Shown: positions 9,445 through 17,284 of the stretch, piece after piece
How the letters are laid out: each line of letters begins with the position of its first letter
Position numbering within the stretch: position 1 is the first letter of the stretch
Assembly: GCF_001457615.1 (NCBI RefSeq)
Contig: NZ_LN831024.1
Location: 4,170,001 to 4,202,000 of the forward strand
Source: Pseudomonas aeruginosa
GTDB lineage: Bacteria > Pseudomonadota > Gammaproteobacteria > Pseudomonadales > Pseudomonadaceae
Length of the DNA: 32,000 nt
Direction of reading: 5' to 3'
The notes under the pieces: model-generated
What the model saw: the letters and a program-made list of their open reading frames with translations, nothing else
The model's database searches: none
What the model was told of the DNA's origin: nothing
Translations under genes and position numbers: made by a program

Positions 9445-10352
9445 CAAAGGTACTCCTGCAACCAGCGGGTCAGCCGCCAGTGCCGCGCGGTCCCCGCCTG
9501 CAGCACCTCGACACTGCCGGTCATGCCGGCGGCAAGCACCACGCCCGCCGGTACCCGGTCGAGTTCGATGCGCACCGGCACGCGCTGCGCCAGGCGTATC
9601 CAGCTGAAGTTCGGGCTGACCTGCGGCAGGCCGCTGTCGGCACGGCTTTCGTTGAGGTCGGCGACACCGCGACCGATGCTCGCGACATGGCCGTCGAGCA
9701 GCGGATCGAACCCCATCAGCTTGATCGTCGCCGGCGCGCCGACCTGTACATTGCGCAGCTTGGTTTCCTCGAAATAGCCGGTGACCCAGAAGCTTCGCCG
9801 ATCGACGATGAAGATGTTGGTCCGGCCCGCCGCCGCGTAATCGCCGGGCTGCACGCGCAACTGCGTCACATAGCCGTCCACCGGCGAGCGCAACTCGCTG
9901 CGCCGCAGGTCCAGCCGCGCCTGGTCGAGCGCCGCCCCGGCGGCCTCGGCGCGGGCGCGGGCGATACGCAGGGCGCGACCGGCGTTGGCGACCTCCTCGC
10001 GCGAAACCGCGCCGGCCAACTGCATGCGTCGGCGCCATTGCTCGTCACGTTGGCGCAGGGTTTCCCGCGCCTGCTCCAGCTCCGCCTCGCGCTGGCGCAC
10101 GGCCAGGCGATAGCTGCGCGGATCGATGCGGTACAGCGGATCGCCGCGGGCCACCCGCTGGTTATCTGCGACGAACACCGCCTCGACGCTGCCGGAGACT
10201 TCCGGCGCGATGCGGATCACCTGCGCGCTGACCCGCCCGTCACGGGTCCAGGGCGCCAGCACGTAGGCTTGCCACAACTGCAACGCCAGGCACAGGGCGA
10301 GCAGGCCGCAGGCGAAGGTCGCAGCCACCTTGGAAAGACGAACGATGGACAT
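9444..10352 (-). CDS. HlyD/AaeA-family efflux adaptor (302 aa)
   Basis: ORF track 9444..10352. N-terminal membrane anchor, barrel-sandwich and coiled-coil pattern, and the C-terminal NFSWIRLAQRVPVRI motif. Confidence 0.85.
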   Translation of the reverse strand: MSIVRLSKVAATFACGLLALCLALQLWQAYVLAPWTRDGRVSAQVIRIAPEVSGSVEAVFVADNQRVARGDPLYRIDPRSYRLAVRQREAELEQARETLRQRDEQWRRRMQLAGAVSREEVANAGRALRIARARAEAAGAALDQARLDLRRSELRSPVDGYVTQLRVQPGDYAAAGRTNIFIVDRRSFWVTGYFEETKLRNVQVGAPATIKLMGFDPLLDGHVASIGRGVADLNESRADSGLPQVSPNFSWIRLAQRVPVRIELDRVPAGVVLAAGMTGSVEVLQAGTARHWRLTRWLQEYL

Positions 10353-10364
10353 GGGGACCTCGGC

Positions 10365-10553
10365 TCAGAACTTCAGCACCAGCACGGACAGCACGATGAA
10401 CGACAGGAAGAAACGCAGCAGGCCGGGATGCCAGGCGCATTCCAGCCAGCGCCAGGCGAGGCGCTCCAGCAGCAGGTAGAGCGGCATCGCCAGGCACAGG
10501 TAGAGGAACAATGGCGGCACGTAGAGGCCGGAAACGGAGACTTCGCTCAGCAT
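10365..10553 (-). CDS. DUF1656/AaeX-like small membrane protein (62 aa; 65 aa if the GTG at 10562 is used)
   Basis: ORF track 10365..10562. MLSEVSVSGLYVPPLF...AWHPGLL... resembles E. coli AaeX (GxxxPP and WHP motifs, recalled from memory). It is the first gene of the aaeXAB-like operon. Confidence 0.65.
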   Translation of the reverse strand: MLSEVSVSGLYVPPLFLYLCLAMPLYLLLERLAWRWLECAWHPGLLRFFLSFIVLSVLVLKF

Positions 10554-10562
10554 GCAGGGCAC

Positions 10563-10696
10563 CAGGGTATCGAGGGCGCGGAGCGGTCGGCCGCTCCTGT
10601 CGGGTTGACGAGCACAGGCTACGGGTCGTAGCGATTTGCAAATATCGACTACTCAGCCAGAAAATAATCGAATTCGGACAACCCACAGGACCTGCC
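10563..10696. promoter_or_regulatory. Divergent promoter/operator region between the AaeX-like operon and its AraC regulator
   Basis: A 134-bp intergenic region with a local AT-rich core. It contains a perfect 10-bp palindrome ATTTGCAAAT (10634-10643) and an 8-bp palindrome CGAATTCG (10669-10676). No promoter was mapped. Confidence 0.3.
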
Positions 10697-11503
10697 GTGA
10701 GCCGTGAACCGCAGACCTACCTCGCCCAACGCTTCGATCCCGACGCGCTCGGCCAGCCGGCCCTGGCCCTGCAGCTGGAGGCCCGGCACAACGACACCGA
10801 AGTGCCGGTGCACCGGCATCGCAAGGGCCAGCTGGTGGTGGCCTGCCGCGGCGGCATCACCTGCACGGTGCCCGATGGCCTGTGGATGGTGCCGGCCGGG
10901 TTCGGTGTGTGGATTCCCGGCGGCATCGCCCATAGCAACCGGGTCACCGCCAACGGCAAGGTCTGCTTCCTCTTCGTCGAGCCGGGGGCGGCACGCCTGC
11001 CGAGCGACTGCTGCACCCTGGCCCTGTCGCCGCTGGTCCTCGAACTGATCCTGCACCTGAGCGCGCAACCGCAGGACTATCCGCACGACGGCCCGCTCGC
11101 ACGTCTCGCCGGGGTGCTGCTGGAACTCCTGGAACAGGCGCCGACCGAACAGCTCTACCTGCCGCTGCCGGACAACCGCGGCCTACGCCGCATCGCCGAC
11201 GAACTGACCCGCGCCCCCGGCGACCGCGCCAGCATGGCCGAATGGGCCAGGCGAGTGGCGATGAGCGAGCGGTCCCTGGCGCGGATGGTGCGGCGGGAGA
11301 CCGGCATGACCTTCGGCCAGTGGCGCCAGCAATTGCAGATCATCATCGCCCTGCAGCAACTGTCCGCCGGCGTTTCGGTGCAACGCACCGCCGAGATCCT
11401 CGGCTACGAGTCGGTCAGCTCGTTCATCGGCATGTTCCGCAAGGCGCTCGGCAGCCCCCCGGCCCGCTACGTGCGCGACAGCATGCGGCGGCCAGCCGAC
11501 TGA
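10697..11503 (+). CDS. AraC-family transcriptional regulator with cupin-type N-domain (268 aa)
   Basis: Lies within ORF 10511..11503. I prefer the GTG at 10697, which has AGGA 6 nt upstream, because the track's start would overlap the divergent gene. N-domain VPVHRHRKGQLVVACRGG; C-terminal HTH ...MSERSLARMVRRETGMTFGQW...GYESVSSFIGMFRKALGSPP. Confidence 0.8.
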   Translation: MSREPQTYLAQRFDPDALGQPALALQLEARHNDTEVPVHRHRKGQLVVACRGGITCTVPDGLWMVPAGFGVWIPGGIAHSNRVTANGKVCFLFVEPGAARLPSDCCTLALSPLVLELILHLSAQPQDYPHDGPLARLAGVLLELLEQAPTEQLYLPLPDNRGLRRIADELTRAPGDRASMAEWARRVAMSERSLARMVRRETGMTFGQWRQQLQIIIALQQLSAGVSVQRTAEILGYESVSSFIGMFRKALGSPPARYVRDSMRRPAD

Positions 11504-11612
11504 ACGAAGGTCGACGGAAAGGTCTTGCAGTTCGTCAGCTGTTCTCCCCCGAGGCTGGCACTCGAAGACACTTCTGGGAATAATGCCGCCCTTTTTTCTC
11601 CAGGAGGATCAG

Positions 11613-11963
11613 ATGGTTACGCACTTCTTGAGCGAATCCGGCCAGGCAGCCTGCGGGCGCGGCGACAGCAACGTGAACGGCTCGAGCGACGTCGGCCAGG
11701 TCAGTTGCAAGACCTGCCGGCGCACCAACGCCTTCGCCCAGGCCCAGGAAAACGCCGCTCCGGCCAGTGCCCCTGTCACCCCCACCGCCGCTGCGCCAGT
11801 GATCGACAAGGCCGCGCCGCGGCCGAAAGCCGAGGCCAGGCTCGCCGCCGCGCAGCGCCAGGACCGCGATGCCGCCCGCAAGGCCTGGCAGGCGCGTCTC
11901 AACGAATTGTCCGGGAAGAACCGCATGCCGCGCTCGCGGCGCCGCGCGCAAGCCTATCTCTGA
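11613..11963 (+). CDS. Hypothetical small protein (116 aa): Cys-rich N-terminus, Ala/Pro-rich linker, basic C-terminus
   Basis: Lies within ORF 11583..11963. ATG 11613 is preceded by a strong SD, AGGAGG (11602-11607). Three Cys in C-x18-CxxC spacing (QAACGRG...VSCKTCRR), with a fourth zinc ligand not evident. The C-terminus is rich in Arg and Lys. Confidence 0.5.
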   Translation: MVTHFLSESGQAACGRGDSNVNGSSDVGQVSCKTCRRTNAFAQAQENAAPASAPVTPTAAAPVIDKAAPRPKAEARLAAAQRQDRDAARKAWQARLNELSGKNRMPRSRRRAQAYL

Positions 11964-12039
11964 GCGGTAGCGGTACTTCGCGGCGGATGTCCGCACGCGG
12001 TCATATCCGTCCTGCCCAGCACAACCGCGCGTCCCCTCA

Positions 12040-12930
12040 TCAGGCCAGGCCCTGCGCCTCCGCCAGGGCCAGGCCGTCGAGGGCGCCGGCGAGCATCTCC
12101 GGCAGATGGCGCGGCTCGTCGGCCAGCTCGGCCAGCTCCGACAACCGATGCGCCGCCGTCAGCAAGGCGATCCGCCGACGCTCCAGGCGCCGACCGCTGA
12201 AGCGCTCGTAGGCGGCGACGATGCGCTCGGTGAGGTCGGCATCGATGAACGCGGAATAGATGAATTCCTGGTGCAGCGGACCGATGCCCGCGTCGGCGAA
12301 GTCGTACACACCGTTCAGCCGCCCGGCCTCGCTATCGAATGCCATGTTCCAGCCATGGCCGTCGAAGAAGCCGAAGATCGAACCCAGCGGATCGGCAGGC
12401 AGCTTGGCATATTCCCGCACCAAGCGTTCCGCGCGTTCGCGCCAGGCCGCAGGCAGCAGCGGCAAGGCGCGCCTGCGCATCGCCGCAGGCGACTCCCAGG
12501 GACGCACCGGCAAGGCTCCAACCGCCCGCATGCGCGCCGGTGGCAGTCGATGCAGCTCGGCGTAGAAGCGCCCCAACGCATCGCCGACCGCCTGCCGTGC
12601 GGGTTCGTCCAGGCGCCGGTAGTCCTCGCCCAGGAGGTAACCGCCAGGCAGTTTCTCGTGGCGGGAAAACAGCGGCGGTCCCGCAAACACCTGCGGCGCC
12701 GGCACCGGCAGGCTCACCGCCGGACGCACCAGGCGTAGCACGGCGGCCTCGCGCAGCAGCGCCGCCTCGGCCTCCGCGCCGCGCGGAAACTTGAACACCC
12801 AGCGCCCTCCGACCTCCACCGCCGTGGAATGCCAGCCCGAGGCCAGGATGGCGAAAGTGGCGTCCGCCAGCTCCGGACAGGCCGCCACTATCGCCCGGCG
12901 ATATTCCTCCAGGGCACGCGGTTCCTTCAC
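12040..12930 (-). CDS. Aminoglycoside/choline-kinase-like phosphotransferase (APH fold) (296 aa)
   Basis: Lies within ORF 12040..13110. GTG at 12930 overlaps the TetR stop (GTGA). Kinase-like motifs GFFDGHGWNMAF (catalytic-loop-like H..N) and VYDFADAGIG (DFxD metal-binding loop). Confidence 0.7.
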   Translation of the reverse strand: MKEPRALEEYRRAIVAACPELADATFAILASGWHSTAVEVGGRWVFKFPRGAEAEAALLREAAVLRLVRPAVSLPVPAPQVFAGPPLFSRHEKLPGGYLLGEDYRRLDEPARQAVGDALGRFYAELHRLPPARMRAVGALPVRPWESPAAMRRRALPLLPAAWRERAERLVREYAKLPADPLGSIFGFFDGHGWNMAFDSEAGRLNGVYDFADAGIGPLHQEFIYSAFIDADLTERIVAAYERFSGRRLERRRIALLTAAHRLSELAELADEPRHLPEMLAGALDGLALAEAQGLA

Positions 12931-13535
12931 CGACGACTCCGCGCGACCATCGCCACGATCGCCTCGTACAGTTCCCGCCGCGCCTCTTCCGGGGCGATCT
13001 CTTCGGTGGCGGCCGCGTGCGACAGCGCTTCGGCGGCGCCGATCATTGCGCGCAGAGCGGCGACGGTCAGCCGTCCGCCGCCGGCGAAGGGCTCCAGCAC
13101 GGCGCGGCACTTGTCCATGAAGAGAACCTCGTAGTCGCGCTTGATCCGCTCCAGCTCCGGCGAGCTGGCGAGGGCCGCGACCACCCCGGGAATCTCCCGG
13201 CCTTGTTGCATCACGCAGTCGACATAGGCGCGGGCGATGACGTCGGCGCGCCCCTCCAGGGTCGCCTCGCTCGCTTCCAGGGCAGCCTCCATCAGCGCCG
13301 TCTGGCGCAGGTCGTAATCCTGGTAGAGCGCCGCCAGCAGGCCGGCGCGGGTGCCGAAGTGGTCATAGACCACCGGCTTGGTCACCCCGGCCTGCTCGGC
13401 CAGGCGTCCGAGGGTCAGCGCCTCGGTACCTTCTTCGCGGACCAGCCGCCAGGCCACCTCGAGCAACTGGCGCTGGCGCTCGTCGCGGGACAGGCGGCGG
13501 CGTGGCGACGGGTCGTCTGGGGAGTGCGTTGACAT
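12927..13535 (-). CDS. TetR-family transcriptional repressor (202 aa)
   Basis: ORF track 12927..13535. N-terminal HTH LLEVAWRLVREEGTEALTLGRLAEQAGVTKPVVYDHFGTRAGLL. Confidence 0.9.
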   Translation of the reverse strand: MSTHSPDDPSPRRRLSRDERQRQLLEVAWRLVREEGTEALTLGRLAEQAGVTKPVVYDHFGTRAGLLAALYQDYDLRQTALMEAALEASEATLEGRADVIARAYVDCVMQQGREIPGVVAALASSPELERIKRDYEVLFMDKCRAVLEPFAGGGRLTVAALRAMIGAAEALSHAAATEEIAPEEARRELYEAIVAMVARSRR

Positions 13536-13538
13536 AGA

Positions 13539-13590
13539 TAACCTACTAAAAGTAACTTACTAAAGGTAACCTACGGAAAGTAGGTTTACC
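13539..13590. promoter_or_regulatory. Candidate TetR operator: three tandem 14-bp repeats plus an inverted half-site
   Basis: TAACCTACTAAAAG (13539-13552), TAACTTACTAAAGG (13553-13566) and TAACCTACGGAAAG (13567-13580), followed by TAGGTTTACC. GTAACCTAC (13566-13574) and GTAGGTTTAC (13580-13589) form an imperfect inverted repeat. The region lies between the divergent TetR and reductase genes and is an AT-rich island. Confidence 0.45.
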
Positions 13591-13639
13591 CAGACTATCG
13601 ACTTGCCCCCCTTCCCGCAATTCCCGGAGGAATTCGCCC

Positions 13640-14266
13640 ATGCATGCCCTGATCGTCGTCGCCCATCACCATCCTCGCTCTCTCACACATGCCCTCGCCG
13701 CGCGCATCGCCGAAGGCGTGGTCCGCGCCGGTCATTCCGCGGAAACCGCCGACCTGGCGGCGGAAGGCTTCGAGCCGCGCTTCGGCCTGGCCGACCACGC
13801 CGTGCATCGCGGCCAGGCGTCGCCTCCCGCCGACGTCCTCGCCGAGCAGGCGCGCATCGATCGCGCCGATACCCTGGTGCTGGTCTACCCGATCTACTGG
13901 TGGTCGATGCCGGCCCTGCTCAAGGGCTGGATCGATCGCGTGTTCTCCAATGGCTGGGCCTTCGACTACAGCATCGGCGGCGACCTGCGGAAAAAGCTGC
14001 AGCGCCTGCGCGTGGTGCTGGTCGGTGTCGGCGGCGCCGATGCCGGCACCTTCGAGCGGCACGGCTACGCCGGGGCGATGCGCACCCAGATCGACCATGG
14101 CATCTTCGATTACTGCGGCGCACGGGTGGTCCGTTCCGAACTGTTGCTGGAATCGGAGACCGCCGATCCGATCCGGCATCTGGACCAGGCCCTGCACATC
14201 GGCAGCCAGCTCTTCGCCGCACGCGGCGCGCAGGGGGCCGCCCAGGCGCAGCCGCTGGAGGCCTGA
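13640..14266 (+). CDS. Flavodoxin-fold NAD(P)H dehydrogenase (quinone) family protein (208 aa)
   Basis: ORF track 13640..14266. GGAGG lies 10 nt upstream. MHALIVVAHHHPRSLTHALA... and PIYWWSMPALLKGWIDRVF are typical of Flavodoxin_2/NQO-type reductases. Confidence 0.85.
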   Translation: MHALIVVAHHHPRSLTHALAARIAEGVVRAGHSAETADLAAEGFEPRFGLADHAVHRGQASPPADVLAEQARIDRADTLVLVYPIYWWSMPALLKGWIDRVFSNGWAFDYSIGGDLRKKLQRLRVVLVGVGGADAGTFERHGYAGAMRTQIDHGIFDYCGARVVRSELLLESETADPIRHLDQALHIGSQLFAARGAQGAAQAQPLEA

Positions 14267-14273
14267 CCCCAGG

Positions 14274-15053
14274 TCATTCGGCCAGGTGCATGGCGAAACC
14301 GGCCCGCTGCGGGGCAAGTTCGTCGCGCAGGGTCAGCGCCGGGATCAGGTAGTCGCCGCCGTTCTGCCGGCGGAACGGGATCGGCGCAGCGCGCTGCAGG
14401 TCATCGAGGCGCCGGCCCAACTGCTCGCTCAGCGCGGCGAAACGCTCCGCGTCGATCCGGCCGCTGCGATAGACGACGAACGGCGGCAATACCTCGAAGC
14501 CGGGGTAATGCAGGATGCCGTGGTGGATGGGGAACAGCAGGTCGTCCATCGGTCCGTTGATACCGCGCGCGGCGTAGTGCGACTCCCAGCCGCCGGCGGT
14601 GACTACCAGCATCGCCCGCTTGCCCTGCATCCGGCCCTCGCCGTAGCGGTCGCCCCAGTGGCTGTCGGAATGTTCGCCGACCCCGTAGGCGAAGCCGCAG
14701 GCATAGACGCGATCGATCCAACCCTTGAGGATCGCCGGCATGCTGAACCACCAGAGCGGGAATTGCAGGATCAGCGTATCGGCCCAGCGCAGCTTGTCCT
14801 GCTCACCGGCGATGTCGACGCTCTGCCAACCGTTCTCGAAGGCGCGCAGGGAAGTTGCGGAAGGATCGAAGCGTTCGCTGGCCTCGCGCTCGAGGCTGTC
14901 GCCGGCATCGAGCACGGCCTTCCAGCCCATCGCGTAGAGGTCCGAAACCTGCACCGCATGGCCGGCCGCCTCGAGGCGGGCGACCGCGAAGTCCTTGAGC
15001 GCACCGTTGAGGGAGCGCGGCTCGGGATGGGCATAGACGATGAGTACGTTCAT
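14274..15053 (-). CDS. Flavodoxin-fold NAD(P)H quinone oxidoreductase, NQO1/KefF-like (259 aa)
   Basis: Lies within ORF 14274..15260, using the ATG at 15053. MNVLIVYAHPEPRSLNGALKDF... and FPLWWFSMPAILKGWIDRVY. Paralogous to the convergent neighbour. Confidence 0.85.
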   Translation of the reverse strand: MNVLIVYAHPEPRSLNGALKDFAVARLEAAGHAVQVSDLYAMGWKAVLDAGDSLEREASERFDPSATSLRAFENGWQSVDIAGEQDKLRWADTLILQFPLWWFSMPAILKGWIDRVYACGFAYGVGEHSDSHWGDRYGEGRMQGKRAMLVVTAGGWESHYAARGINGPMDDLLFPIHHGILHYPGFEVLPPFVVYRSGRIDAERFAALSEQLGRRLDDLQRAAPIPFRRQNGGDYLIPALTLRDELAPQRAGFAMHLAE

Positions 15054-15095
15054 GGCGGGTCTCCGGCAAAAGGTGGGCGCAGGATCGGCCATCGC

Positions 15096-15120
15096 CGGAT
15101 ATAGTTGAAATGAATATCCG
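15096..15120. promoter_or_regulatory. LysR-type binding site, a perfect dyad with T-N11-A core
   Basis: CGGATAT-agttgaaatga-ATATCCG: perfect 7-bp arms with an 11-bp spacer. It sits 18 bp upstream of the LysR ATG and 43 bp from the divergent reductase ATG. Confidence 0.5.
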
Positions 15121-15137
15121 AAATTCCAGGTATATGG

Positions 15138-16031
15138 ATGATTAATCTCCGGCGACTGGACCTGAACCTGCTGGTGACCCTCGACGTGCTGCTCACCGAA
15201 CACAATGTGACGCGCGCGGCGGAACGCCTGAATTTTTCCCAACCCTCGGTGAGCGTGCACCTGGCCAAGCTGCGGGCGATCTTCGACGATCCCTTGCTGC
15301 TTCCCGGCCCGCGCGGGATGCGCCCGACGGCGCGGGCGGAGGAGCTGCGCGAGCCGTTACGCCTGGCCCTGGAAGCCCTGGAGCAGGCGGTGGCGCCGGC
15401 CGCGCCGTTCGATCCGACGCAGTCACGGCATACCTGGCGCGTCGCCGCCACCGACTACGCCGAGTCGGCGATCCTCCTGCCGATCCTCGCCAGTCTTCGC
15501 CGCCAGGCGCCGGGCAGCCGCCTGGCGGTGCTGGAGCTGGCGCCGACGCGAATCGTCAGGCAGGCGGAACGCGGCGAGATCGACCTGGCCTTCCACACCC
15601 TCGAAGAAGCGCCGCCGGGACTGCGCTGTCGCCGGCTGTTCAGCGAGCGCTATGTGCTGGCCGGGCGCGCCGGGCATCCGGGGCTGCGTCGGCGACCGAC
15701 GCTGAAGCAGTTCTGCCGCCTCGAGCAGGCGATCGTCTCGCCCGACGGCGGCGGCTTCCTAGGTCCCACCGACCAGGCGCTCGCCGAACTCGGCGCGGAA
15801 CGCCGGGTGGCGTTGTCGGTGCCGCACTTCCTGTTCCTCCGCGCGGTGCTGGAAAGCACCGACCTGGTGGCGCTGCTGCCGTCGCGACTGGTACGCGAGC
15901 GCGACAGGTTGCGGGTGGTCGAGGCGCCCCTGGAGGTGCCCGGCTACGACCTGGCCATGCTCTGGCACGAGCGCTCGCACCGCGATCCGGCCCATCGCTG
16001 GCTGCGCGAACTCATCGCCGCCTCGGTGTAA
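15138..16031 (+). CDS. LysR-family transcriptional regulator (297 aa)
   Basis: ORF track 15138..16031. N-terminal HTH LNLLVTLDVLLTEHNVTRAAERLNFSQPSVSVHLAKLR, followed by a LysR substrate-binding domain. Confidence 0.9.
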   Translation: MINLRRLDLNLLVTLDVLLTEHNVTRAAERLNFSQPSVSVHLAKLRAIFDDPLLLPGPRGMRPTARAEELREPLRLALEALEQAVAPAAPFDPTQSRHTWRVAATDYAESAILLPILASLRRQAPGSRLAVLELAPTRIVRQAERGEIDLAFHTLEEAPPGLRCRRLFSERYVLAGRAGHPGLRRRPTLKQFCRLEQAIVSPDGGGFLGPTDQALAELGAERRVALSVPHFLFLRAVLESTDLVALLPSRLVRERDRLRVVEAPLEVPGYDLAMLWHERSHRDPAHRWLRELIAASV

Positions 16032-16064
16032 CGCGGCGATACGCTTCGGTCGTCGCCGCGGTTT
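16032..16064 (+). terminator. Possible terminator hairpin after the LysR gene
   Basis: CGCGGCGA (16032-16039) pairs with TCGCCGCG (16053-16060) across a 13-nt loop, followed by GTTT. The U-tract is short, so the call is weak. Confidence 0.35.
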
Positions 16065-16126
16065 GACGCACCGTCGCGCTTTGCCCAAGCTAGCGGGCTT
16101 CGATCCACCACCAGGAAGTCCTTGGC

Positions 16127-17284
16127 GTGAAGTTTCCGTTCCATCCCTGGCGCCGCCTGCTGCTCTGCGCGCTCCCTTTCGCCGCCCTGCTGACCGCATG
16201 CGACGACGGCAAGAAAGAGCCCCCGCCCAAACCCGCCGAAGTCACCACCTACAACAGCGTGCCCTGGGACGCCCTGCCGGCCACCAGCGACGCCGACCTG
16301 CTCGCCGGCTTCAATGCCTGGCGCTCGGCCTGCGCGCGGCTGGCCAAGGACCCGGTATGGGGCGAGCCCTGTGCGAGCGCCACGACGGTCGCCGCCGATC
16401 CGACGGCGGTGCGCGCGTTCCTCCAGGAGCGGATGCAGGTCTATAGCCTGCGTTCCTCCAGCAACGGCGACCAGGGCCTGATCACCGGCTACTACGAACC
16501 GGTCTACCACGGCAGCCTGAGCCAGGGCGAAAAAACCCCGGTGCCGGTCTACGGCGTACCGGACGACCTGGTGGTGGTCGCGCTGGAAAGCGTCTACCCG
16601 GAACTCAAGGGCAAGCGCCTGCGCGGACGCCTGGAAGGCCGGGTGCTGAAACCCTACGACGACGCCGCGACGATCCGCGACAACGGCTCCAGCGCGCCGG
16701 TGCTCGCCTGGCTGGGCGACCCGATGGACCTGCAGTTCCTGCAGATCCAGGGTTCCGGGCGCATCCAGCTGGAAGACGGCCGGCAACTGCGGATCGGCTA
16801 CGGCGACCAGAATGGCCACCCGTACAAGCCGGTCGGCCGCTGGCTGGTCGAGCAGGGCCTGGTGCCGAAGGAAGAGGTCAGCATGAAGCGCATCCGCGAC
16901 TGGGCCGAGGCCAATCCGCAGCGGGTCTCCGAACTGCTGGCGAGCAATCCCAGCTTCGTGTTCTTCAGCCTGCGCCCGGACAGCGACGAAGGTCCGCGCG
17001 GCTCGCTGAACGTACCGCTGACCGACGGCTACAGCGTGGCCATCGACCGCAAGGTGATTCCGCTGGGCAGCCTGATGTGGCTGTCCACCACCCGCCCTGA
17101 CGACGGCAGCGCGGTGGTCCGTCCGGTGGCGGCCCAGGATACCGGCGGGGCCATCGTCGGCGAGGTCCGCGCCGATCTGTTCTGGGGCACCGGCGACGCC
17201 GCCGGCGAACTCGCCGGACACATGAAGCAGCCGGGCCGGCTCTGGCTGCTATGGCCCAAGGGCGCGCCGCTGCCCGCCTCCTGA
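16127..17284 (+). CDS. mltA: Membrane-bound lytic murein transglycosylase A (385 aa)
   Basis: ORF track 16127..17284 (GTG start, with AGGAAG upstream). Lipoprotein signal ...LPFAALLTAC. MltA-specific and 3D domains (GYYEP, GSGRIQLEDG, VAQDTGGAIVGEVRADLFWGTGDAAGELAG). Confidence 0.9.
   Translation: MKFPFHPWRRLLLCALPFAALLTACDDGKKEPPPKPAEVTTYNSVPWDALPATSDADLLAGFNAWRSACARLAKDPVWGEPCASATTVAADPTAVRAFLQERMQVYSLRSSSNGDQGLITGYYEPVYHGSLSQGEKTPVPVYGVPDDLVVVALESVYPELKGKRLRGRLEGRVLKPYDDAATIRDNGSSAPVLAWLGDPMDLQFLQIQGSGRIQLEDGRQLRIGYGDQNGHPYKPVGRWLVEQGLVPKEEVSMKRIRDWAEANPQRVSELLASNPSFVFFSLRPDSDEGPRGSLNVPLTDGYSVAIDRKVIPLGSLMWLSTTRPDDGSAVVRPVAAQDTGGAIVGEVRADLFWGTGDAAGELAGHMKQPGRLWLLWPKGAPLPAS

Noticed and set aside
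10511-10696. The ORF-track start at 10511 for the AraC regulator.
   Set aside because: That start would extend the protein 62 aa across the divergent promoter and into the AaeX-like gene on the other strand. The extension is Arg-rich junk. The in-frame GTG at 10697, with an AGGA SD, fits AraC family length.
11556-11572. Sigma-54-like TGGCAC upstream of the small hypothetical gene.
   Set aside because: The -12 element is missing. TGGCAC is followed by tcgaa and then GACA rather than TTGC, so it does not fit the GG-N10-GC consensus.
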